Source of the DNA: Squalus acanthias
Taxonomy: Eukaryota
Reading direction: 5' to 3'
Assembly: GCA_030390025.1 (NCBI GenBank)
Contig: CM059431.1
Span: 123,382,001 to 123,446,000, forward strand
DNA: 64,000 nucleotides
Shown piece by piece: positions 1 to 10,763 of the stretch. Position 1 is the stretch's first letter, and the number at the start of each line of letters is the position of its first letter. Under the pieces are notes generated by a model. It searched no databases, was not told where the DNA came from, and saw only the letters and a program-made list of their open reading frames with translations. The position numbers were made by a program, and so were the translations under genes.

Positions 1-256
1 GCAGCAAGCTTTAGGGAACCAGACAGACATGTCCGAATGGACATAGGAAGCAGAGGGAATAGGTTGTTCGGCGTTGAGGCAAGAGACCCACCAAGAATGT
101 GATATGTATTTTGTGGAGGGAGGTGGTTTTGTACAGTGAGTGCTGTCTTTTTGATTCCCCAGGACTCTTTAAAAATACAAGAAGAAGGTTAATGATCTCA
201 CCAGAGCAGCCACGGTAAGTTAACTACTCATCCTGGCCCTTCTTTGCAGTCTCTTT
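1..256 (+). mobile_element. Degenerate Harbinger Myb/SANT-gene exon 1 remnant
   Basis: ~181-213 reads KKVNDLTRAAT followed by a gtaagt donor, the same KKFNDL+donor motif seen in other Harbinger copies in the window. Confidence 0.5.
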
Positions 257-340
257 TGTAAAGTTTCGCAATTATCGCGATTCAAAATAACACAAGAGAA
301 GCAGATTCGTTTGATCAGTTTTATTAAACGAAATGCTGTC

Positions 341-720
341 ATAGAGCAGAAACTGATAGCCAAGTTCCGCACTCATGAGGATGGCCTCAATCGCGATATC
401 GGGTTCATGTCACGATACAGAACGTGACTTGACATCATGGCCGGTCTTTCCAGGTTTTTTTTAAACCCAAATGGAGAGGATATGCAGCCAGCAGGTGTTT
501 TGACACGTTGGACCCCCTGGGACACATCTCATTGTCTTGGCTGTGCTCTTAGTGTGTCTTTGATGTAGGGAAAGATTTGAATACATTTTTTCTGTGTTTA
601 TATTGTGAATTCTGGGAGATTCTCTCACAGCTACCCTACCTGAAGAAGGGGCGACAGCTCCGAAAGCTTGTAATTTTAAATAAATCTGTTGGACTATAAC
701 CTGGTGTTGTGCGACTTCTG
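341..720 (+). mobile_element. Penelope-like element 3' fragment (GIY-YIG C-terminus plus 3' pLTR)
   Basis: 341-427 reads IEQKLIAKFRTHEDGLNRDIGFMSRYRT*; downstream hammerhead motif and tail (gttggactataacctggtgttgtgcgac) shared with the 25387-25712 insert. Confidence 0.75.
637..672 (+). ncRNA. Minimal hammerhead ribozyme motif (family A)
   Basis: TAC CTGAAGA A GGGGC GACA GCTCC GAAAGCTT GTA: CUGAnGA/GAAA core, stem II, palindromic stem III AAGCTT, stem I TAC/GTA. Confidence 0.75.
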
Positions 721-3000
721 ATAATAAAGGACACAGAAGCCTGTAAAATGGCCGCTGAGCATCGTGGCAGAAGCTTCCAGAAACACAGTGGGCAGACAAA
801 ATGGCATTGAATATACATTTAGTATAAGATTGGATCATACTCGGTAAACACTGATAAAGACAGGATGCAACCCGTTTGCATTTGGAACAATAGCAAAGAT
901 ATAAGTGCTGGAATCAGTTTTCCTATGTACAGAAAGGATCATTGTACTGGGCAATCGAAGGCCCATCCAGACACATCAATACACAAATACCCCCCCGGCT
1001 CTACAATGAGAGAGACATTGACGGGTGATTAAGTCAGTATTCGGGGGCCCCCAAAACCAGTCAGTGAGACGATTCATACACATCCTGGCTGGGTCAACAA
1101 TGGGGAAAACATTAACGGATAGTTGGCCAGTTTCAGGTGCTACCGAAACCCGTTAAAGAAGACAACCGCCCCATGCTGGGAGTTTTGTGCGCCAATATTA
1201 CACAAAGGACAAACATTAAGATTCGAGCGGGAGATAAGGAGGACACATCACTATAACTATAGAGAACAAATTTCCATCGCTCTCTTATTCGCTTGCCTCT
1301 TCATGAACTCGCTTGACTTGTGGGCTCTTGATTTTCTCTCTGGACTTTGTTGACTCTTGACTTTAAGCCACACTGGTCGGTTATTCAAGTGTTGGGTGGA
1401 GCTCAATCGGAACGAGCCGCCCCGACAAGGGCAAGTAACAGGGTACACCATCCCGAGTGTCGGTAAACGGTGTCTGGACCCGGAGGCCCGAAGAGACGAG
1501 ACGAGACGAGAAGAAGACGAGAAGAATTCACGTGCCGCCACGGTCAGTAAACCCCGACCGCGCCCGAAAAATATAAATAAAGAACTTTTCTTTGAGTTCT
1601 CCCGACAACCTGTATCGAGCACAGGAAGACTCTTCTTTGAACTGTGTCCGAGGTCTGTCGAGTTCTTCATGACAACAGGGAGTCTGGCCTGCTTTTCGCA
1701 GCAGCGAAAGTAAACAAGTGGGGTGCAGAGACCCTTCCAAACACGTGACAGTCAGGCGCTGCAGCGAAACGAGCCGAGTGCCTCACTTTAAAATCTCCGA
1801 AATTAAACGAGTGGTGAGCATGATTTCCGATCCTACAAATCTAGACGTAGTGTAGGTATTATTAAGGGAGGGTGTTTTAATAAGGTTAAGATATAATGTG
1901 TTCCCCTTTCTACGATGTGCCGTGTGTTCTCCATTTTCCACAGACCAAGCTTTATGAATGTATGTATACTTGTACTATCGTTGATTTGCGCCTATGACAT
2001 GTATTTCATGATTTTAGACGCCATGCAATAAAGATTTCCATTTCGTACTATTCAACCGGGTCTATTTGAGTTTTTCTCTGCATTACTGCTCCCTGCACCT
2101 AAGTCCAGTGTTAGAACCGTAAGGGCGAGTGGGTCGAACCACTCACAGGTGCTTATTGCAAAAAGGCTGGCCGGAGACCAGAGCAAGCAATAGTATTAGG
2201 CAACGAAGGCCTAACCTCGCACCAGCACCGCCTGAGACACGCCCCCTTACACTTTATATGGGTGCCACACTTTCTTTTATTTAGGGACTGTTTGGAGGGA
2301 ACAATGGCAACTGGTTTCTAAGAGATTGAGGATGCCATCTCCTAGGGTATGCAGGATCTAATTAATACCACTGATTAGTGGGCAATCAGATGTGGGGTGT
2401 CGAGAGTCCACCTTAATAATACCATCCTCTCACCAGGTGATAGTTCATGTGACCTCTCAAGACTGCCCCCTCCCAGATGTCTGCTCTTGTAGGTGTCAGT
2501 GGACAGGAATGGGCTGCTCACACACCTGTAGAGGTAACACAACAATTTATAGATATTCAGAGCCTGTGAATTCATCCACTTCCTGATTTGACACCCTTCT
2601 TTTCTATGGCGTGGAGTTTCAAAATAAAATAGCACTGAAGATCACGGAATTTTAAATGTGAGTGAGTTGTGCCCATGACCATTTTAGGTTGGACTATCCA
2701 CGATCTTTTACACTGGTTCAAAAGTTAATTCACCCAAAGCAGGCCACGCCCGCAGGTCGGAAGGGCAGGTTTCCACTGATTGTGCCCATTCAGATGTGCA
2801 TCACATTGCGCCCGGAATTCTCGGGCGCACAGACATCCGATTCACACAAATCCAGTGTTAATCACCTGTTCACCTGTACCTAAAGTGACCAGCAGTCAAT
2901 TGAAGCTTGGCCCAGGTCTGATTCTGCTGCTGTTCTAATCACTTTAAATTACTTAAAATTAGTCTATATTCAGTCAATTACAGCAGAGCAGGACATACCT

Positions 3001-3048
3001 GAAAGAAAGAAAGAAAGAAAGAAAGAAAGAAGAAAGAAAGAAAGAAAG
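3001..3048 (+). repeat. (GAAA)n microsatellite
   Basis: Direct reading. Confidence 0.95.
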
Positions 3049-3059
3049 GAGGGAGACAG

Positions 3060-4216
3060 AATGCAGGAAACTATAGACCAGTTAGCCTAACATCTGTCAT
3101 TGGGAAACTGCTGGAGTCCTTCATTAAGGAAGTGGTAGCAGGGCATTTGGAAAATCATAATGCAGTCAAGCAGAGTCAGCATGGTTTTATGAAAGGGAAA
3201 TCATGTTTAACAAATTTGTTGGAGTTCTTTGAGGATGTAACGAGCAGGTTAGATAAAGGTGAGCCAGTGGATGTGGTGTATTTGGATTTCCAGGAGGCAT
3301 TCGATAAGGTGCCACATAAAATATTACTGCATAAGATAAGAGCTCACGGAGTTGGGGGTAATATATTAGTATGGATAGAGAATTGGCTAACTAACAGAAA
3401 GCAGAGAGTCGGGATAAATGGGTCATTTTCCGGTTGGCAAACGGTAACTAGTGGGGTGCCACAGGGATCGGTGCTGGGGTCTCAACTATTTACAATCTAC
3501 ATTAATGACTTGGATGAAGGGACCGAGTGTAATGTAGCCAAGTTTGCTGATGATACAAAGATGGGTGGGAAAGCAAGTTGTGCAGAGGACTCAAAGGGCT
3601 GGATTTTCATTGGTCCTGCTACAACTGTACAGGGTATTGGTGAGACCACACCTGAGTACTGCGTACAGTTTTGGTCTCCTTATTTAAGGAAGGATATACT
3701 TGCATTGGAGGCAGTTCAGAGACGATTCACTAGGTTAATTCCAGAGATGAGGGGGTTGACTTATGAAGAAAGGTTGAGCAGGTTGGGCCTATACTCATTG
3801 GAATTTAGAAGAATGAGAGGTGATCTTATTGAAACATATAAGATACTGAGGGGGCTCGACAGGGTAGATGCAGAGAGGATGTTTCCCCTCGTGGGGAAAT
3901 CTAGAACTCGGGGGCATAGTTTCAGAATAAAGGTTTGCCCTTTTAGAACTGAGATGAGGAGGAATTTCTTCTCTCAGAGGGTCGTAAATCTGTGGAATTC
4001 TCTGCCCCAGAGAGCCGTGGAGGCTGGGTCATTAAATACATTTAAGGTGGAGATAGACAGATTTTTGCAAGATAAGGGAGTGAAGGGTTATGGGGAGCGC
4101 GCTGGGAAATGGCTTTGAGCCCAAGGTCAGCCATGACCCATTGAATGGCGGAGCAGGCTCGAGGGGCCAAGTGGCCTATTCCTGCTACTATTTCTTATGC
4201 TCTTATATTCTTATGT
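3060..4216 (+). mobile_element. CR1-type LINE 3' portion (reverse transcriptase), internally deleted
   Basis: QHGFMKGKSCLTNLLEFF, YLDF..AFDKVPH, GVPQGSVLG, KFADD, YCVQFWSP; tail of TTCTTATG-like repeats; RT segment missing around 3590-3620. Confidence 0.95.
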
Positions 4217-4825
4217 ACCTGTGTGGCTCCAATTGACTTCTGGTCTTATGTCCCAAGGACAGATCAAAGGATTCAGTTGAAGTCAATTAAAAAGTAAGAC
4301 CAATAGCATTATTTATATCAGTTGAAGAATGACTAATTTCCTGGCCATCCCACTCCTCTTTGTGATGCTGGAGAACGCCCTGTTCCAGTCACCAATCAAT
4401 ACGCTGCTTGATTGCACTGATTCTTGGGAGATTTTAATTTCAGGATGACGCTAATGAGTTTGCGCAGAAACTTGAGTGTAACTTCACCTCGGCAAAACCG
4501 GTGCAGTGTCCAGTGCATTCTGGGCATATTTTGTCGATTGCGACCCCAGCAGAGACTCCACGGCAATAAGTTTAATTTAAGTCAGGTGCACTTTGGGTGT
4601 AAATGGTGGAATTTCCGGGACAGCAGCTTTTAGCTTCTCTATCGGGGAAAGTGCATCTCCTGCCAGGAGTCAATTCTACTGGAACTTTAGCATGTATTTG
4701 GGAATATGTGTAACTCTGCTGTATATCACTTACACCCCAAATTCCTGTCACCTACGCCGGAACTACACCACTTTTGCAGCAGAACAAATTGGAATTTCGG
4801 GCTCCATGCTTTCACTGAGACGCAA

Positions 4826-4994
4826 GGGGTTGAATTTCCACAGGGGTTCTCCTGCTCATCCACCATAACTTCAGTGGAAGATCCGGGGAAATCCGAGAGA
4901 AATAGTGTAAACGCTGTTCAAGCCGTTTCTCCACGATTTCTGTGGATGAAGTTATGGCAGACGATTGGAAAAATCTCTGCGGAAATTCAACCCC
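4826..4994. mobile_element. MITE, Harbinger-like TIRs
   Basis: TIRs ggggttgaatttcc / ggaaattcaacccc; related copy at 38987-39100. Confidence 0.75.
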
Positions 4995-5322
4995 TATAAT
5001 GCATGAAAGCTTTATCTAAACATCCAGCCTCCATAAGAATAAAACAATTTGCTGCTGTTTGTAAATTAAAATAATGGCTGAATGAAATTAGAGGATCGGA
5101 ATTACTGATTTACCTTTCGAGACGCCTGTTTTCTTTAATTCACCGCTTATCAAGCACTTCTAATCCAAAAAACAGAGTTTGAAGAAATGTGAGGTGCAAT
5201 TAAAAAAATATTATGAGGTGCTAAATAGGATTTTATGAGACTTGTTTTTTCAAATAAAATGTTGATGGGGATGCAGTTTTTTATTTTGGTTGTAAAATTA
5301 AATTAAGAGGCCATAATTTTTT

Positions 5323-5809
5323 TTAATTCATTCACAGGATGTAGGCGTCACTGGCAAGGCCAGCATTTATTGCCCATCCCTAATTGACCTTGAGAAGACT
5401 TCTTGAACCACTGCAGTCTGTGCGGTGAACAAACTCCCACAGTGCTGTTAGATAGTGAGTTCCAGGATTTTGACCCAGCGACGATGAAGGAACGGTGACA
5501 TATTTCCAAGTCCGAATGGTGTGTGACTTGATGGGGAACTTGAGAGCTGGTGGTGTTCCCATGCGCCTGCTGCCCTTGTCCTTCTAGGTGGTAGAGGTTG
5601 CGGGTTTGGGAAGTGCTGTTGAAGAAGCCTTGGCAAGTTGCTGCAGTGAATCTTGTAGCTGGTACAAACTGCAGCCACGTGCGCTGGTGGTGAAGGTAGT
5701 GTATGTTTTAGTGGTGGATGGCGTGCCAATCAAGCAGGCTGCTTTGTCCTGGATGGTGTTGAGCTACTTGTGTGTTGTTGGAGCTGCACTCATCCAGGCA
5801 AGTGGAGAG
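5323..5809 (-). mobile_element. 3' fragment of the CR1/L2-group LINE family seen at 6370-9520
   Basis: Closely similar to 6370-6880; SPLAWMSAAPTT motif. Confidence 0.9.
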
Positions 5810-6369
5810 CAATGTTCCCTGTAAGGTCCGTGGGTGCATGGCGCGCAGCGATGTGGAAGGTCCCGTAAATTCAAAGGCTGCGCAGTGAGCTGGAGAGCTG
5901 GAGCGGGGGTGAGAGGCCCAATACACAATGGCCTGGGAATCCTCACAGGGAGAGTCGTTTGTGATCTCACAGAGCCAATCCGAATTGGATTGCGTTTGCT
6001 AAGATACGGAGCCCTGGAACCCGGTGAGCATTGTCTCGGGATTCTGTCGGTATTTTTTCCGCTGAGACGCGTGTAGTCGATTCCCGGGGACTGAGCAGCA
6101 GCCGCACTATGGAACAGCACACCGTTTATTGATCAGAAAAGTTCACACATTCCTTTTATGGGCACAGAATCTGGAAACTCTCTACAGAAGATGACATCAG
6201 CATTAACTGCGTTTGCTCCAACAGACACCGTCACACGAAACCACCAGGAATTCACAGACAAACACACCTGAACTACTCAGATGGGGCGGTGGGAGGGAGG
6301 GGGGGGGGGGCAGGGGGGTGCGGGGGTGGTTGTCATTCTCTGCTTGAGGCTGCTACTTTCACATCTATT

Positions 6370-9300
6370 TGTTTTTATTCATTTATGGGATGTGGGCGTC
6401 ATTGGCAAGGCCAGCATTTATTGCCCATCCCTAATTGCCCTTCAGAAGGTGGTGGTGAGCCGCCTTCTTGAACCGCTGCAGTCCGTGTGGTGAAGGTACT
6501 CCCACAGTGCTGTTAGGGAGAGAGTTCCAGGATTTTGACCCAGCGACGATGAAGGATCGGCAATATATTTCCAAGTCAGGATGGTGTGTGACTTGGAGGG
6601 GAATTTGCAGGTAATGGTGGTGTTCCCATGTGCCTGCTGCCGTTGTCCTTCTAGGTGGAAGAGGCCGCGGGTTTGGGAGGTGCTGCCGAAGAAGACTTTG
6701 CAAGTTGCTGCAGTGCATCTTGTAGATGGTACACACTGCAGTCATGGTGTGCCAGTGGTGGAGGGAGTGAATGTTTAAGGTGGTGGATGGGGTGCCAATC
6801 AAGTGTGTTGCTTTGTCCTGGATGGTGTCGAGCTTCTTGCATGTTGTTCGAGCTGCACTCATCCAGGCAAGTGGAGAGTATTCCATCACACTCCTTACTT
6901 GTGCCTTGTAGATGGCTTTGGGGAGTCAGGAGGTGAGACACTAGCCACAGAACACCTAGCCTCTGACCTGCTCTTGTTGCCACAGTATTTATGTAGCTGG
7001 TCCAGTTAAGTTACTGGTCAATGGTGACCCCTAGGATGTTGATGGTGGGGGATTCGGCGATGGTAATGTTGTTGAGTGTCAAGTGGAGGTGGTTAGAATC
7101 TCGCTTGTTGGAGATAGTCATTGCCTGGCACTTCGGTGGCGCGAATGTTACCTGCCACTTATCAGCCCAAGCCTGAACGTTATCCAGGTCTTGTTGCGTG
7201 CGGGCGTGGATTGCTTCATTATCTGAGGAGTTGTGAATTGCGCTGAACACTGTGCAGTCATCAACGAACATCCCCATTTCTGACCTTATGTTGGAGGGAA
7301 GTTCATTGATGAAGCAGCTGAAGATGGTGGGGCCTAGGACACTGCCCTGAGAAACTCTTACAGCGATGTTCTGGGGCTGTGATGATTGACTTTCAACCAC
7401 CACAACCATCTTCCTTTGTGCTAGGTATGATGCCAGCCAGTGGCGTGTTTTCCCCCCGATTCCCATTGACTTCAGTTTTACTAGGGCTCCTTGATGCCAC
7501 ACCTAGTCAAATGCTGCCTCGATGTCAAGGGCAGTCACTCTCATCTCACGTCTGGAATTCAGCTCCTTTGTTCATGTTTGGACCAAGGCTGTAATGAGGT
7601 CGGGAGCCAAGTGGTCCTGGTGGATCCCAAACTGGGCATCAGTGAGCAGGTGCCGCTTGATAGCGCTCTTGATGACACCTTTCATCACTTTGCTGATGAC
7701 TGAGAGTAGACTGATGGGGCGGTAATTGGCTGGATTGGATTTGTTCTGCTTTTTGTGGACAGGACATACCTGGGCAGTTTTCCACATTGTCGGATAGATG
7801 CCAGTATTGTAGCTGTACTGGAACAGCTTGGCTAGAGGCGCTTCTAGTTCTGGAGCACAAGTCTTCAGCACGATAGCCGATGTTGTCGGGACCCATAGCT
7901 TTTGCTGTATCCAGTGCACTCAGCCGTTTCTTGATATCACGTGGAGTGAATCAAATTGACTGAAGACTGACCTTCTGTGATGGTGGGGACCTCAGAAGTA
8001 GGCCGAGATGGTTGCAAACGCTTCAGCTTTGTCTTTTGCACTCACGTGCTGGGCTCCACCATCACTGAGGATGGGGATATTCATAGAGTCTCTTCCTCCT
8101 CCTCTTAGTTGTTTAATGGTCCACCACCATTCACGACTGGATGTGGCAGGACTGCAGAGCTTTGATCTGATCCGTTGATTGTGGGATCGCTTAGCCCTGT
8201 CTATAGCATGCTGCTTCCGCTTTTTAGCATGCATGTAGTCCTGTGTTGCAGCTTCCCCAGGTTGGCACCTCATTTTTAGGTATGCCTGGTGCTGCTCCTG
8301 TACACTCCTTATTGAACCAGGGTTGGTCCCCTGGCTTGATGGTAATGGTAGAGTGAGGGATATGCCGGGCCATGAGGTTACAGATTGTGGTGGAATACAA
8401 TTCTGCTGCTGCTGATAGCCCACAGCACCTCATAGATGCCCAGTTTTGAGCTGCTAGGTCTGTTCTGAACCCATCTCACTTAGCACAGGTGGTAGTGCCA
8501 CACAACACGATGGAGGTGTCCTCAGTGTGAAGCCAGGACTTCATCTCCACAACGACTGTGCGGTGGTCACTGCTGCCAATACTGTAATGGACAGATGCAT
8601 CTGCGACAGGTAAATTGGTGAGGATGAGGTCAAGTAGGTTTGTCCCTCGTGTTGGTTCTCTCACCACCTGTCGCAGGCCCAGACTGGCAGTTATGTCCTT
8701 CAGGACTCAACCAGTGCTGCTACTGAGCCACTCTTGGTGATGGACTTTGAAGTCCCCCACCCAGAGTACAAGTACATTCTGCTTCCAAGTGGTGTTCAAC
8801 ATGGAGCAGTACTGATTTATCAGCTGAGGGATGGCTGTAGGTGATAATCAGCAGGAGGTTTCCTTGCCCATGCTTGACCTGAAGCCATGAGACCCAGTGT
8901 GATTGTTGAGGACTCCCAGGGCCACTCTTCCCCACTGTACTGCTACCCGTGGTGGGTCTGTCCTGCCGGTGGGACAGGGCATACCCAGGGATGGTGATGG
9001 AAGAGTTCAGGACATTGGCTGAAAGGTATGTTTCCATGAGTATGACTGTGTCAGGCTGTTGCTTGACAGCTCTCCCAATTTGGCAAGTCCCCAGATGTTG
9101 GTGACAAGGACTTTGCAGGTTCAACTGGGCTGGGTGTGCTGTTGCCGTGTCCGTAGACGGTGCCGAGTGGTCCGTCCAGTTTTATTACTTCTTATTGTTT
9201 TTCATAGTGGTTTGTTACAACTGAGTGGCTTGCTAGGTCATTTCAGAGGGCAGTTAAGGATCAACCACATTGCTGTGGGTCTGGAGTCACATGTAGGCCA

Positions 9301-9520
9301 GATTTCCTTCCCTAAAGGACATTAGTGAACAAGATGGTTTTTTACGACAATCCGATAGTTTCATGGTTACCATTACTGATACTAGCTTTTTATTCCAGAT
9401 TTATTTAATTAACTGAAATTAAATTCCCTTGCTGCCGTGGTGGGATTTGAACTAACGTCTTTGGATCATTGGTCCAGGCCTCTGAATTACCAGCCCAGTG
9501 ACATGACCACGATGCTACCG
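6370..9520 (-). mobile_element. Near full-length degenerate CR1/L2-group LINE (APE + RT) with a tRNA-like 5' head
   Basis: APE: KQQPDTVILMETYL..IPGY..RQDR, LLDLILTN..SDH; RT: WKTAQVCPVHKK..NYRPISLLS, QGSVLGP, FVDD; many frameshifts; Pol III A/B-box-like head at 9440-9520. Confidence 0.9.
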
Positions 9521-10329
9521 TTCCATTTCCTACCAAGCATTCGGCCCTATAATAAGTGGCTATTCCTGCTTTCCCAAGCACTCCAAAGCAGGAAGGAAGG
9601 AGATATGCAATATATTGCTTGCTGGAATATATTTATTTTCAGGTTAACTTTTTTTTTAAATTAAATTATCACATATTTAATTATCGTATATTTATTTAAT
9701 GTAAATGTTTATTTTTAAGTAAACAATCGTTAATGTCCAAAGCACTCGGGTTTTAAAGTCTTAAAAATGTCCAACATTTTTGAAACTGAAGCCAAGAGGA
9801 AGACGGCGACATGTTGCAGCTTTGCCAAAAGTGAACTATTGACAAACGGATCGCCCCTCGATGTTTCAGAACTTTCCCGATTTCTAGACAGTGAGTGCTT
9901 TGCTGAACCTCTTCAGGCAAACTTTTTTTTATGTTTCACGTTTCAATTCATGCGGTGTAATGCAGACAAAGGTGAGCTGTGGATGTGTAACCCAAGAAGA
10001 CAGTCCTGAGTTCGACAAGCGCATTTGCTCCCATAGAAAGTGGTTTTGGGTCCACTTCAATGAAAAAGTGGTGGTATAACCTAAGAGATAATTGAGGGTG
10101 CTAAAGTCGTACGGGTTTATGTTTGCACTGAGTGCACGTTAACTCCAGCTTTAGTTTCTCACCGCCTCCCAACAAATGTTGGAAACAAGGTTACTGCCAA
10201 TGTCTGGTGTAATAATAAGAAAACGTAACAAAACAAGTTATTTTGTTCATCAAATGTTTTCCTTCCACCAACAATATCCAGTCTATTTGTTTTTGGGATG
10301 AGACGTTAAATCTGCTCCTGTGATTCAGA

Positions 10330-10763
10330 TGGATTAATAAGGAACAGCCAGCACGGATTTGTTAAAGGCAAATCCTGTCTGACCAACCTGATTGAGTCCT
10401 TTGATGAAGTAACAGAGGGTTGATGAAGGTAGTGTAGTAGATGCATATATCAACTTTCAAAAAGCATTTGATGAAGTGCCACATAATAGACTTAATTGGA
10501 AAATAGAAGCAGATGGTATTAAAGGGACAGTGGTAACTTCGGTACATAATTGGCTTTCGGAGAGGAGACACAGAGTAGTGGTGAAAAGATTTTTTTCTCA
10601 CTGGAGAGCAATATGCAATGGGGTTCCCCAGAGGTCGCTATTAGGACAATTGCTTTACTTGTTATATATAAATGACATGCACGTGGGTATTAGAGTACAA
10701 TTTTGAAGTTTGTGGATAATACAAAACTTGGCAATGTAGTAAATAGTGAGCAGGATAGTAGCA
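10330..10763 (+). mobile_element. Old CR1 RT fragment
   Basis: SQHGFVKGKSCLTNL, GVPQRSLLG..YIND; ends at the satellite. Confidence 0.85.

Larger units (their letters stand above)
257..2251. mobile_element. Solo-LTR-like element (Gypsy/ERV type) with a nested Penelope fragment
   Basis: Starts TGTAA (257) and ends TTACA (2251), flanked by 4-bp direct repeat CTTT (253-256, 2252-2255); AATAAA near 2028; no recognisable coding content. Confidence 0.6.

Noticed and set aside
5810..6280. hAT-like element starting caatgttccc (also the hAT-like end at ~41291)
   Set aside because: Only one terminus visible, no matching TIR or 8-bp TSD, so left uncalled
9440..9520. tRNA gene (also 45675-45740)
   Set aside because: A/B boxes belong to retroelement heads; no convincing cloverleaf
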